From NCBI RefSeq assembly GCF_006345805.1, contig NC_043010.1, forward strand, positions 7,006,001 to 7,070,000: a stretch of 64,000 bases of DNA, read 5' to 3'. This DNA is from Octopus sinensis (taxonomy: Eukaryota). The notes beneath the pieces are model-generated. The model searched no databases. It saw only the letters and a list, made by a program, of their open reading frames with translations, and was not told the origin of the DNA. The position numbers were made by a program, and so were the translations under genes. Each line of letters opens with the position of its first letter. Positions within the stretch are counted from its first letter, which is position 1. Shown here one piece after another: positions 1 to 11,403 of this stretch.

Positions 1-70
1 GATTATCCTTAATAATACTGCATCATGGAATTTTCAGTGTTATGGTGTCACAATGTCACACTTGAACACA

Positions 71-265
71 TGAATTTTTCAGTTCTATGTCTAAGAGATG
101 AGGAATTCTGTACATTATTTACATTATTTACATTCGACAGATATTTGTCCTCATCTTGTTTGTTGCTAACACTGTTTCGGCCGATATACCCTCCAACCTT
201 CATCAGGTGTCTTGGGAAAATTTCGAACTGAGGTTCTCATTCCTAAGGTATTTTCGATGCTGTTG

Positions 266-319
<54 letters not shown>

Positions 320-393
320 TCACTGCCTGAAATCAAACTCAGAATCTTGGGGTTAGTAGCCCGCACTCTTAACCACTGTGCCATACGCCCATG
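71..393 (-). mobile_element. tRNA-headed, hammerhead-bearing non-autonomous retroelement, copy 1
   Basis: Minus strand reads CATGGGCGTATGGCACAGTGGTTAAGAGTGCGGGCTACTAACCCC (tRNA-like head), (AAT)n, a hammerhead-like motif, then a tail ending ATAGAACTGAAAAATTCA. A second copy at 12499-12800 has the same two ends. Confidence 0.85.
169..210 (-). ncRNA. Minimal hammerhead ribozyme motif, helix III/cleavage site damaged
   Basis: ACAC-CTGATGA-A-GGTTG-gagggtatat-CGGCC-GAAAC-A-GTGT. Helix I ACAC/GTGT and helix II pair; 2 nt shorter at the NUH triplet than copy 2. Confidence 0.7.
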
Positions 394-429
394 TATGACA
401 TTGTACTGTTAACTTATTCAATTAATTAT

Positions 430-1470
430 TATATTCAATTAATTCATTTTAATTTCAGGGAAACTGTCTCAGTGTGACTGCATCCATTGACAGTGTCACA
501 GTGTAACAGTGTTTCTTGTGTGACTAGGTTTTGGTGTCATAGTGTAACTGTGTTCCTATGTAACTGTACTGGAACATGAATACATCACAGTGTGATAATG
601 TGACTGTATCTCAGTGTTACTGTTACTGTCATAGTGATACTGAGCACCAGTGTGACTGTATCACATTGTAACATCTTGTCAATGTGACAGTGTTTCCATA
701 TCACAGCAATTGGCTGAATTCAATATGTGAAGCACTATACACATTTTTATCTGAAATAGCTTTAAAAGCTTACTTTAAATTAAAACTTGTATAAGGCTTC
801 AAACATTGAATCCAGTCCACTGTTGTGATGTGGAAATATTGCCATACTATGTGACTGCTACATTACGATACACTTCCATTGTGACAGTCACACTGGGATA
901 CAATCACAATGTCACACTATGATGTATTCATACTAGAATACAGTCACAGGCAGCGAGCTGGCAGAATTGTTAGCACGCCGGGTGAAATGCTTAGCAGTAT
1001 TTCGTCTGCCATTACGTTCTGAGTTCAAATTCCGCTGAGGTCGACTTTGCCTTTCATGCTTTCAGGGTCGATTAAATAAGTACCAGTTACGCACTGGGGT
1101 CGATATAATCGACTTAATCCGTTTGTCTGTCCTTGTTTGTCCCCTCTGTGTGTAGCCCCTTGTGGGCAGTAAAGAAATAAGAATACAGTAACAGAAGAAT
1201 ACAGTCACTCTGTAATAACCAAAACATAGTCACACCCAAACACTCACATCATTGGACACAATTTCCCTAGGATTAAAATGGATTAATTGAATGAGTTAAT
1301 CTAGGCAGTCACACATTGACAATGTCACAGTGTCACGGTGTCTCATTGTTATACTGTGACAGTCTCCCTAGCATTAAAACAGATTAATTGAAAAAGTTAA
1401 TACAGACCATCACATACTTTGACAATGTCTCTGTGTCACAGTGTCCTAGTGTTACACTGCGACACCATAA
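430..1470. repeat. Degenerate GTCACAGT/ACTGTGAC-rich repeat region with a 101-bp tandem duplication
   Basis: Many TGTCACAGTG variants in both orientations; CCCTAG-ATTAAAA unit repeats at 1265 and 1366. Confidence 0.6.
950..1179 (+). mobile_element. tRNA-derived SINE family B
   Basis: GCGAGCTGGCAGAA head, GAGTTCAAATTCC B-box, AAAGAAATA tail; 15-bp TSD AGAATACAGT(C/A)ACAG at 935-949 and 1180-1194. Confidence 0.9.
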
Positions 1471-1538
1471 CACTGCTAATTGCATTATGCATTGTTATTA
1501 AGTATTATTAAAACTAATCTAAATTATCTGCTTAATTA

Positions 1539-1960
1539 GGCGCAGGAGTGGCTGTGTGGTAAGTAGCTTGCTAACCAACCACATGGTTCCGGGTTCAGTC
1601 CCACTGCGTGGCATCTTGGGCAAGTGTCTTCTGCTATAGCCCTGGGCCGACCAATGCCTTGTGAGTGGATTTGGTAGACGGAAACTGAAAGAAGCCTGTC
1701 GTATATATGTGTATATGTATATATATATATATGTGTGTGTGTATGTGTGTCTGTGTTTGTCCCCCTAGCATTGCTTGACAACCGATGCTGGTGTGTGTTT
1801 ACGTCCCCGTCACTTAGCGGTTTGGCAAAAGAGACCGATAGAATGAGTACTGGGCTTACAAAGAATAAGTCCCGGGGTCGATTTGCTCGACTAAAGGCGG
1901 TGCTCCAGCATGGCCGCAGTCAAATGACTGAAACAAGTAAAAGAGTAAAAGAGTAAAAGA
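1539..1960 (+). mobile_element. tRNA-derived SINE family A (internal microsatellite, (GAGTAAAA)n tail)
   Basis: A-box-like TGGCTGTGTGG, B-box-like GGTTCAGTCCC, central (TA)n(TG)n; near-identical copies throughout the window. Confidence 0.92.
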
Positions 1961-2261
1961 TAGTAATCATGGTAAACATATATTATGCTAATGCTGCAAA
2001 AGACACTGTAATTGTCGTTTAATCCAACAACTTGTTGCTAATGCAGTATGAAAAACCAGGGTCTAGCTCAAAGGATAATGTTTCTTCTGAATATTTTTGC
2101 AATGAGGTATTTGTTGAGATTCTAACATGAAAATCTAGGAACAATGTAGAGGGAAAAATTTACTACTTGTAAAATTAAACCAAATGATTGAATAAATGAA
2201 AATATTGTATATATAGCTTCTTGTACAATTGTATTATGCAATCACAAAATGCTTGGTAAAG

Positions 2262-2310
<49 letters not shown>

Positions 2311-2520
2311 GTTAATCCAAACAAGAAAGCACAAAAATACACAACAACGCAAGGACGTGGAACAAATATAGTATTATTGGACGCTCAGGAAAGAAGGAAA
2401 AAAGGAGGGTTTAACGTTTCGAGCGGAGCTCTTCGTCAGAAACATAGGAGAAGGAAAGATCCAGAGATGGGAAGACAGAGGAAAAAAATCGCCAACAGTA
2501 CACACGCGGTCACATTTTGA
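2311..2520 (-). mobile_element. Penelope-like non-autonomous tail element carrying a hammerhead (family P1)
   Basis: Reverse complement of 17217-17440; abuts (CA)n(TA)n at 2264-2310. Confidence 0.8.
2409..2443 (-). ncRNA. Minimal type-I hammerhead ribozyme motif, core intact
   Basis: GTTT-CTGACGA-A-GAGC-tcc-GCTC-GAAAC-GTT-AAAC. Helix I GTTT/AAAC, palindromic ACGT helix III, GUU triplet. Confidence 0.8.
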
Positions 2521-2804
2521 AAGGAAGTACATTAAAGGACTAGTTAAATAATATCAGAAAGTGAGGAAGAGAGAAAAGGGGAGAGAGAGGGGAGAAGGGG
2601 GAGAGAGAGGGGAGAAGGGGGAGAGAAAGGGGGGAAGGAGAGTGAGTACAAATTTTAAGGTTGGTTGATGATTTGGAAAGAGGAAGGGATAAAGCTGTAC
2701 CCCTTGCTGTGTACCTATGGTCTCCTGAATTTATGGATTTTTATTGGCTGAATCACAAATGAGGATGGAGTTTATATAAAGAAAATGTCACAAATCTATA
2801 AGTA

Positions 2805-3183
2805 TGAAAGCAAAACTTTTAAATTCTCATCACCATCTAACACCCGTGGACATATTTACAAAGTCAGAAAACAGCACAGCTCCCATGACTTTCGGAAACA
2901 TTTTTTCACGCTGAGAGTTGCTGAAGCATGGAACAAACTGCCAGCATCAGTTGTTAGTTGTCAGAGCACTGCATCCTTCAAAACTTCCATGCTTTCTGAG
3001 ATTCGCCAACACTACACCTGATTTTCTCCCCTCCATACACACACAAGCATGTATCTGACTCATACACTGTTCGCTTTCCAGACATTTGTACATTACTGCA
3101 TATACTTTATACGCACTTTCTGACAAGTTGTGGTGCACCTGAGCACTGTATACAATAATTTCATTATTATTTTTATTATTATT
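2805..3183 (+). mobile_element. CR1-type LINE 3' fragment (ORF2 C-terminus plus 3' UTR)
   Basis: ORF 2785..3021 contains NTRGHIYKVRKQ...RKHFFTLRVAEAWNKLP, the conserved CR1/L2 ORF2 end; followed by a UTR and (ATT)n-like tail. Confidence 0.85.
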
Positions 3184-3594
3184 AAAATGAAAAATTATTG
3201 AATACAAAGCAATTAAAAGTAAAATCTTAAAGCATGAATGGCAGAAAAGGTCTTTAGCCCTCTGTCAAATGTAATGCTTATTTATTCTCATTGTTTTGAA
3301 TTAATCATTGAATAAAACAATGGATGGGGGTTCTGCAATTTCTTGCTGAATGACCTCAGATGCTTTGGATAAGGTGCTCAAATTTTTATGTTCACGTAAG
3401 ATCTCACCTTCCATCAAATCTACATTACCTGTAAAGCTGCACAGGTGTGTTATGCATCAGATGTCAAAGTAATTGCGGAGCAATGTTAAATCAATTAACG
3501 CGTCACCCAGTCTTGCGACCATGAATTACACCACCTTCATCACTGTGCCCTGCACCTTTACCCAGGGGTCCTTTCAGTTATCATCTACTGAATA

Positions 3595-3708
3595 CCTTTA
3601 CAAGGCTTTGGTCAACCTGAAACTATTGTAGAAGACACTTGCTCAAGGTGCCATGCAGTGGGACGAAACCTGGAGCCAGGTGGTTGGGACGGAAACTTCT
3701 CGACTATG

Positions 3709-3749
<41 letters not shown>

Positions 3750-3998
3750 CACACACACACAAACACACACACACACAACACACATGCACATACACACACA
3801 CACACACACAACACACACACACAATCACACACACACACAACACAAACGCACATACACACACACACACGCACACTCACACACACACACAATCACACACACA
3901 ATCACACACACAATCACACACACACACACATATAACACACACGCACATACATACACACGCACATACACAATCTCACACACACACACACACACACACAG
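3595..3998. repeat. Diverged SINE A 5' half (minus strand) followed by a ~290-bp (CA)n mosaic
   Basis: GAAGACACTTGCTCAAGGTGCCATGCAGTGGGAC matches SINE A; (CA)n mosaic at 3712-3998. Confidence 0.75.
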
Positions 3999-4069
3999 AT
4001 TTTTGTCTCGCAGGTTACTTGGTGACCCTGTCAGTTCAGGTGCCACTTATAAAGCATCCAGTCCACACT

Positions 4070-4335
4070 GTAAAGGGGTTGGCATTTGGAAGGGCATCCA
4101 GCTGTAAAAAAACCTTGCCAAAACTGACCTTGTCTCTGCTTGTGCCTCATAAAAAAGCACTGAGTCTGCTCTGCTGAGTGGTTGGTGTTACGAAGGGCAT
4201 CTAGCTGTAAAAATCCTGCCAAAATAGTCACAGAAGTCTGTTGTAAGACTTCTGTCTGGTCAACTCCTGTCAGACCATGCCACCCATGTCAGCTTGGAAG
4301 GCAGACATTAAATGATGATGATGATGATGATGATG
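4070..4335 (+). mobile_element. Diverged SINE family D
   Basis: Two GAAGGGCATC-AGCTGTAAAA blocks and a (GAT)n tail. Confidence 0.6.
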
Positions 4336-4601
4336 ACTGATTTCAAATTTTGCCACAAAGTCATCAAGTCCAGTAGAGAGGACAAATGGATTACATTGGC
4401 CCCAGGGCTCAACTGGTAATCATTTTATCAACCTCAAAAGCAGATGGCTTGACATGCTAGAAATAGCATTTAAATGTCTTTCAAACAACAATTCCCTATC
4501 ATTTTTGGTAGGTGATGCATCAGATAATGTAATCAAGACAACATTATGGCAAGAAAAATTAAGACAAAGTGGTCATAGTTTAAATGTGCTTAGTCATAGA
4601 T

Positions 4602-4666
<65 letters not shown>

Positions 4667-4700
4667 TATATATATATATATATGATGTGTGTGTGTGTAA
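4602..4700. repeat. (TA)n(TG)n microsatellite
   Basis: Seen directly. Confidence 0.95.
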
Positions 4701-4853
4701 TGTAGTAATTGTTATGGCCAGCCAGAAAGTTACCATCGTTTTCATGTTTATTACATCTCTTGGCAATATGGACAACTCATCAAACTTGCTGGCCAGATGT
4801 ACATAACCTTGTTGCCCAAGACTATATTCTTACCTCTATTAGTATTTGCTTCC

Positions 4854-4932
4854 GGCCAGCAGGTCTGATGAGCCATTTATATTACCAAGAACAATAATAG
4901 GCATGAAACCATTGGTGACTTTCTGACTGGCC
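4854..4932 (+). ncRNA. Degenerate hammerhead-like motif
   Basis: GGCCAG-c-AGGT-CTGATGA-GCC...GGC-at-GAA-ACCA-t-TGGT-g-ACTT-tctga-CTGGCC. Position 17 is G and there are 2 extra nt before GAAA. Confidence 0.45.
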
Positions 4933-5174
4933 ATAACTAATGATTGTCATAAATATTACTGCTCAAAATTTTTTTTCCTCTATGTATGTATGCTATGTAT
5001 GTCTCCATGTGATATGAAATTGAAATATTGGTGCTACTTTGGCATATGATCTACAATTTAAAGGGAGATTACTTTAGGTTACTTTTTAGTTTACTTCTCA
5101 ATTTCTAAATTTTTTTAATAAATTTTTTTGTACATTCTTAGCATTGTAAATGTACTTTTTTCAAAATTCTTGCT

Positions 5175-5303
5175 AAACTCTGCCAAATCAAGATTGGAGC
5201 CTGGTGCAGCCATCTGGTTCGCCAGCCCTCAGTCAAAATCGTCCAACCCATGCTAGCATGGAAAGCGGACGTTAAACGATGATGATGATGATGATGATGA
5301 TGA
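5175..5303 (+). mobile_element. SINE family D 3' fragment
   Basis: GGAGCCTGGTGCAGCCATCTGG...CATGGAAAGCGGACGTTAAAC(GAT)n, as at 38505-38835. Confidence 0.85.
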
Positions 5304-7443
5304 ACAAAACCATGTTTCGTTTATATCTTAGTAAATGATAGTAAGGAACCAAGAATAAGCAATATAATAATTAAAATAATCACGTAGATCAAAAGGTTGG
5401 CAGCCACAAGTTTTGCAACATAAAGTTGACAAAATTTCTGTTTTTCCCTTCACTTTGAGCTTCCTTCATTTCTCCATCACACCAATGATGTGGTACAACA
5501 TTTTCTTCTTCATCTAAAAGGTAATTGTTTTCGTAAGAATGCAACTGCCTTCGACTTGTCGCTGATCACATTGCAAAATTCTTTAGCTAGCAGCTTAAAG
5601 GTTTGTAGAAATTGCTAAGTAAACTAAAATATTATCTCCCTTTAAATTGTAGATCACATGCCAAAGTAGCACTGAAATATTTGTATTAACAGCTTGACAT
5701 AGAACAGCATTACTCAAATTTTTACAGATAAAAAGAAATATTTGGCTGGTCATTTGAGCACTTAGTTCTGAGTTGTGTGGCATTTGCAGCTCCTAAATAT
5801 GTCTGATGTTCATTGGATAATGAGAGAACTTTATTCTCATTGGCTTGTTTGGAATCACATGGTGGTTGCTACTATCTGATACTGAATGGTGAACAACTGT
5901 AACATGATGAGTGGAAATAATTTCTCTTGTCAGTGATATAAATTATAAGAAATTTAGTATAATAGAATTAGCAGCTAATGGCTTACTATCAAACAGTAAA
6001 GCATGATGATAGTTCAATTTCTCTGTTAAGACATAGAATATGGTGCAGCGATATGAGGTGTTAAGTTTATAGAAAGATGTTAACATATATTTAATGGCTT
6101 AACAGTAGCCAGTGAAGAGTCTTGTTAGGGGACACGGTTGACTTTTGAAATATAAGAAGTTTGTTGTAGAGATACACAAGACAGCAACATGCTTAGGTAG
6201 AGTCATTAGAATGTTCCAGGTTATACTGTAGAAAGTAATTATATGGTCTCTGTGTCTCCAATAAAATGAAACGTGGAGGTGAAGTTTTCATTGTCCATAT
6301 TTGCGAAAGAATTTTCATGTTGAATAAACCTTCACTTAGATTCATTGCATACAAAAGTTTCACATAATCTCTTGGAGTATCATTTGGTTGGATAGTAGCT
6401 GGTCTATAGACCATTGTCTTAGAAAAACAAAATCCTCTCTATGCACAGCTGATTTGATTGGGCAGTTGTAAATGGGTGCCTGAAAGGAAGTTTGCATTAC
6501 TGTATGATTTTTTTCTTTTCTGTTATAGCATGAGATGCTGGAAGAGTTGTTGTCTAAATGAGATTAACTCACCTTGACATTATGTGTGTTACAATGCTTG
6601 TGGAATTTATGTGTTCTTGCTGGTGAAAGTTCCAAATTATATTTATGAGGGTTGGATGGAAGATTGAAGAATTTTAATTTACTTTTACTTATACTCTTTG
6701 GGATTGAGAATGGGGGGGAGCCTTCAAGTACTCACTAAAGCTACACCTCACTTTGCCTCATTTTAGTGGATTGCAGAAAATTTGAAGACGTTTGTATTTG
6801 AAGACATATTAGATATATTTTTTGTAATACAGGTTACTAAATCCCTAATTATAGATAAGTTAGGAAATTGGAATAATAAGTTTTCTATCACGGTAGTATA
6901 TGCCAGTCTTGAAGTCTAAAGTAATGTCCAAGAAGTTTGACTGTGGTCATAATTTTTGTGATGGTCATATTTAAACCAAACTTTTTGATGATTGCTATTG
7001 ACCTCTTTTTTTTTAAATCTATCCATAACATGACTATTCATATTACTTGAAATTTCCAGGCTGTCATATCTTTACAAGCCTAACCAGTGAGAAAATGAAT
7101 GTTTATCCTAGAGCATCTAAGACAAATATTCTAACAAAATCTGAAACCTCAGCTTCATCATAACTGCCTATAAAAAGGCTGAATAGCTGGTTACTTTCTG
7201 TTTGGAACCATTAGGGAGTCATTATGACATAAGAAGGACCTCCTAGCATTCGTGATTACTTTTGTATTGAAGCTAGTAATACTAGTAAATTGGCTCCCAA
7301 AATCCAAGGCTTACAAGAAACATGAGTTTGGTACAGAAAGATGAAAATCTATGATTTCAAATTGAGTGAATCTGCAGGTTACTTTGTTCTTAATATTGTG
7401 AAACTATGTCTAGTGTATTAATTGATTTAATACTCTAGACATT

Positions 7444-7822
7444 GTGGAGGTGCAATGGCCCAGTGGTTAGGGCAGCGGATTCGTGGTCGTAGGATCACGG
7501 TTTCGATTTCCAGACCAGGCGTTGTGAGTGTTTATTGAGCAAAAACACCTTAAGCTCCATGAGGCTCCGGTAGGGGATGGTGGTGATCCCTGCTGTACTC
7601 TCTCACCACAATTTTCTCTCACTCTTTCTTTCTGTTTCTGTTGTACCTGTATTTCAAAGGCCAGCCTTGTCACACCCTGTCTCACGCTGAATCTCCCTGA
7701 GAACTATGTTAAGGGTACACGTGTCTGTGGAGTGCTCAGCCACTTGCATGTTAATTTCATGAGCAGGCTGTTCTGTTGATCGGATCAACTGGAACCCTCA
7801 TTGTCGTAACTGACGGAGTGCC
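7444..7822 (+). mobile_element. tRNA-derived SINE family C, tail type 1
   Basis: TGGCCCAGTGG A-box, GGTTTCGATTTCC B-box; 12-bp TSD ACTCTAGA(C/T)ATT at 7432-7443 and 7823-7834. Confidence 0.92.
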
Positions 7823-9066
7823 ACTCTAGATATTATGACCCAAATCTGACTCTACCTATCTCACTTTTAGAAGGGTTGGAAAGGAAAACATATTTGTGGT
7901 TCTTAAAGTTAATGTGAGGAGATTGACTAGTGAAGCATTTCATAAGGTCTTCTATCTTTAATAGTGTGACTAGCTCCTCCTTTTATTAAGTGCTTAAACT
8001 GTATTTTGCACTATTAGTTTCTTGTATGTATTGATAATGTGCTCTGTTGCATTTTGCCATGCTTTCCTTTTATCATGTCTTTTCTTTAAACATTAAAAAT
8101 GTAGCAGATTGTTTGAAAGGTACTATGTAATAGATCAAACAAATAATTAAAATTAATCAGAAAATTGTTGGAGCAGGGCAGAAATCTTACCTTTTTAAAG
8201 AGGTTAATTAAGTCAGCTTTGAAATTCTTGGGGGTCTTTTATCTAAAGTGGGGGAGCACTTTTATGATTTGAAGTGAAATTTACCTGCAGAAAATACTGC
8301 AATCATGTTAATGCAGAAGTAAGGCCTTCCAGTGCATTTTCTTAATCACAACTTCTTCCTCTTCAGTAAGGTATGGCATGTAAAACTTCCTCGATGGGAT
8401 CTCAATGCTCTTTAACCAGCTTTAACCATTTGTTCTCCATTGTTAGATAGAGATCAACAAGTTTTACTAATGAGAGTACAATGAAAGAAAGGAGTACTCA
8501 AAAAACATTTGATGGTGTTTAAATATTTGTATTAACAACTTAATTCAGAATAAAATTGCTTGAAATTTCACAGATGAAAATATAAAAATAAATTCATCAG
8601 TTTTTAAAAGCAGTTAGTAGAGATTGGTCACCAGCATGACACCACTTTTGTCATGTGATCCAAACCAGCCAATGAGGATTAGCCTTTATAAAACTTCAAG
8701 TAATACAATTTTGAGTTCAAGTGTTGATGAAAACATTTAACAACTATGATTCTATAGACACTTAAATCTTAGTGAGACTCAATTGCAATTAGTTGGTTAG
8801 GATAACCAATCAGTCACTCATTGGCAGCTGAATTCTACTAATGACTAATGATTTAGAGGTAACTTTAGTACAATGGGTGGGAGCAGTTACCCTAAAAACA
8901 GCAACCCTATATGGTGTTGCTTCACCATCCATAACCAAATATTCAGAAAGTCAACAATTTCTTTTTCCTTGTGAAACTTCAAGCAATTCAAAGCTATTGA
9001 TACAAACGTTTGAACTCTGTGAAAGATATTGAGCACTCTTTTCTTTCATTTGGGTACTTACCCATA

Positions 9067-9067
<1 letters not shown>

Positions 9068-9113
<46 letters not shown>

Positions 9114-9245
9114 ATGTAGTATGTATGTATGTATGTATGTATGTACGTATGTAGTTATGTATGTATGTATTTATGTATGTATGTATGTATGTATGTATGT
9201 ATGTATGTATGTATGTATGTATGTAGGTATGTATGTATGTATGTA

Positions 9246-9296
<51 letters not shown>

Positions 9297-9316
9297 ATGT
9301 ATGTATGTATGTATGT
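9068..9316. repeat. (TGTC)n(TATG)n(TG)n compound microsatellite
   Basis: Seen directly. Confidence 0.95.
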
Positions 9317-9880
9317 CTCTTCTGTTTTTTAATTATTATAAATCTTCCACTGAGGAGGGGGCTGGTTTACAACAAAGACACAAGGCTCCATGTTTGGGAT
9401 GTAGTTAACACAGACAAATTCACATCTGGAACTTGAGAAAAGTCTTGCATATTTTTACTGTTCCACTCGCAGTTTGCACTTGTAATGCATGAATCAGCCA
9501 GTCATTTTTTCTTTCTGAAAATCCCAGTTTATCCAGATTCTCCTTTAAGCATTTACTAATGAAACCTAGTGCTCCAATTATTATTGGTATGGATATGAAG
9601 TCATAGTCTAGATATAGAAGCTGGAGGTTTTGAAGCAGTTGTCCATAGATATCCTCTTTTCCTTTGATTTTCAAAGAGATATTTATATCTACAGGGCAGC
9701 TGACCTCTGTGATGGTATATATCTTGGCCCCTCGCTCCTAAACAACAATATCCTGCCTGTTATGTTTACATTCGACAGAAGTTTTGATGGAAATATTCCA
9801 CTAGTATTCCTTGAGTTGGTGTTTATGAACGTATCCCATAACAGGGATCTTCTACGCTTATTTCAGGGCAGCCTTTTATA
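9317..9880 (-). mobile_element. R4/NeSL-like LINE 3' fragment with restriction-like endonuclease, decayed
   Basis: Minus strand reads W-NISIKTSVECKHNRQDIVV*...TITEVSCPVD...IPIIIGALG...GTVKICKTFLKF, with internal stops. Confidence 0.8.
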
Positions 9881-9892
9881 AAGTATGTATAT

Positions 9893-10063
9893 GGTGCAGG
9901 AGTGGCTGTGTGGTAAGTAGCTTGCTGACCAACCACATGGTTCTGGGTTCAGTCCCACTGCGTGGCATCTTGGGCAAGTGTCTTCTGCTATAGCTCCGGG
10001 CCGACTGATGCCTTGTGAGTGGATTTGGTAGACGGAAACTGAAAGAAGCCTGTCATATATATG

Positions 10064-10094
<31 letters not shown>

Positions 10095-10311
10095 TTGTGT
10101 GTCTGTGTTTGTCCCCCTAGCATTGCTTGACAACCGATGCTGGTGTGTTTACGTCCCCGTAACTTAGCGGTTCGGCAAAAGAGACCGATAGAATAAGTAC
10201 TGGGCTTACAAAGAATAAGTCCCGGGGTCAAGTTGCTCGACTAAAGGTGGTGCTCCAGCATTGCCGCAGTCAAATGACTGAAACAAGTAAGAGAGTAAAA
10301 GAGTAAAAGAG
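9893..10311 (+). mobile_element. SINE family A
   Basis: Full head-to-tail match to 1539-1960. Confidence 0.92.
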
Positions 10312-10994
10312 AAAAAGTATATGTGTGTTTGTATGTATGTATGTATGGATGGATGGATGGATCGATGGATAGATGTCATTATCCAGTTTTATTTCAAGAT
10401 TTTTTGTCAGTAGAGAAAGAACCGGTTTCTGACCAAGATCCAAGGCTCCTTTATTGGAATTTTTACATCAACAGGATATTATTCCATATACCTGTGTATG
10501 TGTGCAATATTTGCAGTCAGTGCACGTGCAAATTTGTACGTTTTGTTTTATGTATGTATTCTTATGCATATAGTTGCATGTCTAGACATGCACTTATATA
10601 CTTAAACGACATCCAGTGATAATTGTATGCATGCACATGTGTGTGGTGTGCGTGTATGTGTGTGTAAAGTACAGGTAAGATGAGAAGAGTACTTACATCT
10701 TCTGAAATGGTGCTGTAGTGCTGCTAATAATGGTGGTGTTAGTAGTTTCAGCCATAATCTTTCTAATAGATATCCACTTGGTATAAAGTCTGATTTTTTT
10801 TTAAATCTGGTTTGAGTAACACTATAGTGGCAAGTAACAGGTGTTGCCCTTATTCATAATTGAAGAAATAATTCAGTTACTGATTTAGGCTTGAGAGTTA
10901 GCATAATTCTAGAAGAAAACATTCAAAGAGGAATTGTAAATGGTCATCTATGCCTGCACGACTAATGTCGATAGGTGCCAAGTTGTATACGTGT

Positions 10995-11013
10995 CTGTCT
11001 GTCTGCTTGTATG

Positions 11014-11047
<34 letters not shown>

Positions 11048-11134
11048 TGTATGTATGTATGTATGTATGTATATATACATACATACATATATATATACAT
11101 ACATACATATACATATACATACATACATATATAC

Positions 11135-11182
<48 letters not shown>

Positions 11183-11331
11183 CTTTATATATATATAAAC
11201 TGTCCGATGAACGGGGACGTGAAACTCAGAGTAACAGGTTTTGTTGAATTTTCCGCTGCTTTAAATAAAGTATATATATATATATATAAGATATATATTA
11301 TAATAATAATAATAATAAAAATAAAAATAAT

Positions 11332-11400
<69 letters not shown>
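10995..11400. repeat. (TATG)n/(TA)n/(TAA)n mosaic microsatellite
   Basis: Seen directly; interrupted by a hammerhead cassette near 11197-11270. Confidence 0.95.
11197..11241 (+). ncRNA. Minimal hammerhead motif (U4 to C variant)
   Basis: AAACTGT-CCGATGA-ACG-ggga-CGT-GAA-ACT-cag-AGT-A-ACAGgTTT. All three helices pair; GUA triplet. Confidence 0.65.

Positions 11401-11403
<3 letters not shown>

Noticed and set aside
1536-1956. Recurrent short ORFs MSSNARG... and MTTDAGVF... in many places
   Set aside because: They are readings of the SINE A consensus, not a gene family.
2047-2106. AG/GT-bounded 60-nt open frame YEKPGSSSKDNVSSEYFCNE
   Set aside because: Weak polypyrimidine tract, no recognisable homology and no partner exons; expected by chance.
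6200-6310. VPGYTVE...KMKRGG resemblance to a LINE apurinic endonuclease
   Set aside because: Too short and broken to assign without a profile search.
7444-7520. tRNA-like sequences at SINE heads
   Set aside because: They continue straight into SINE bodies with tails and TSDs and lack a full cloverleaf, so they are not called tRNA genes.
8841-9032. 63-aa ORF MTNDLEVT...
   Set aside because: No motif, splice context or compositional support.
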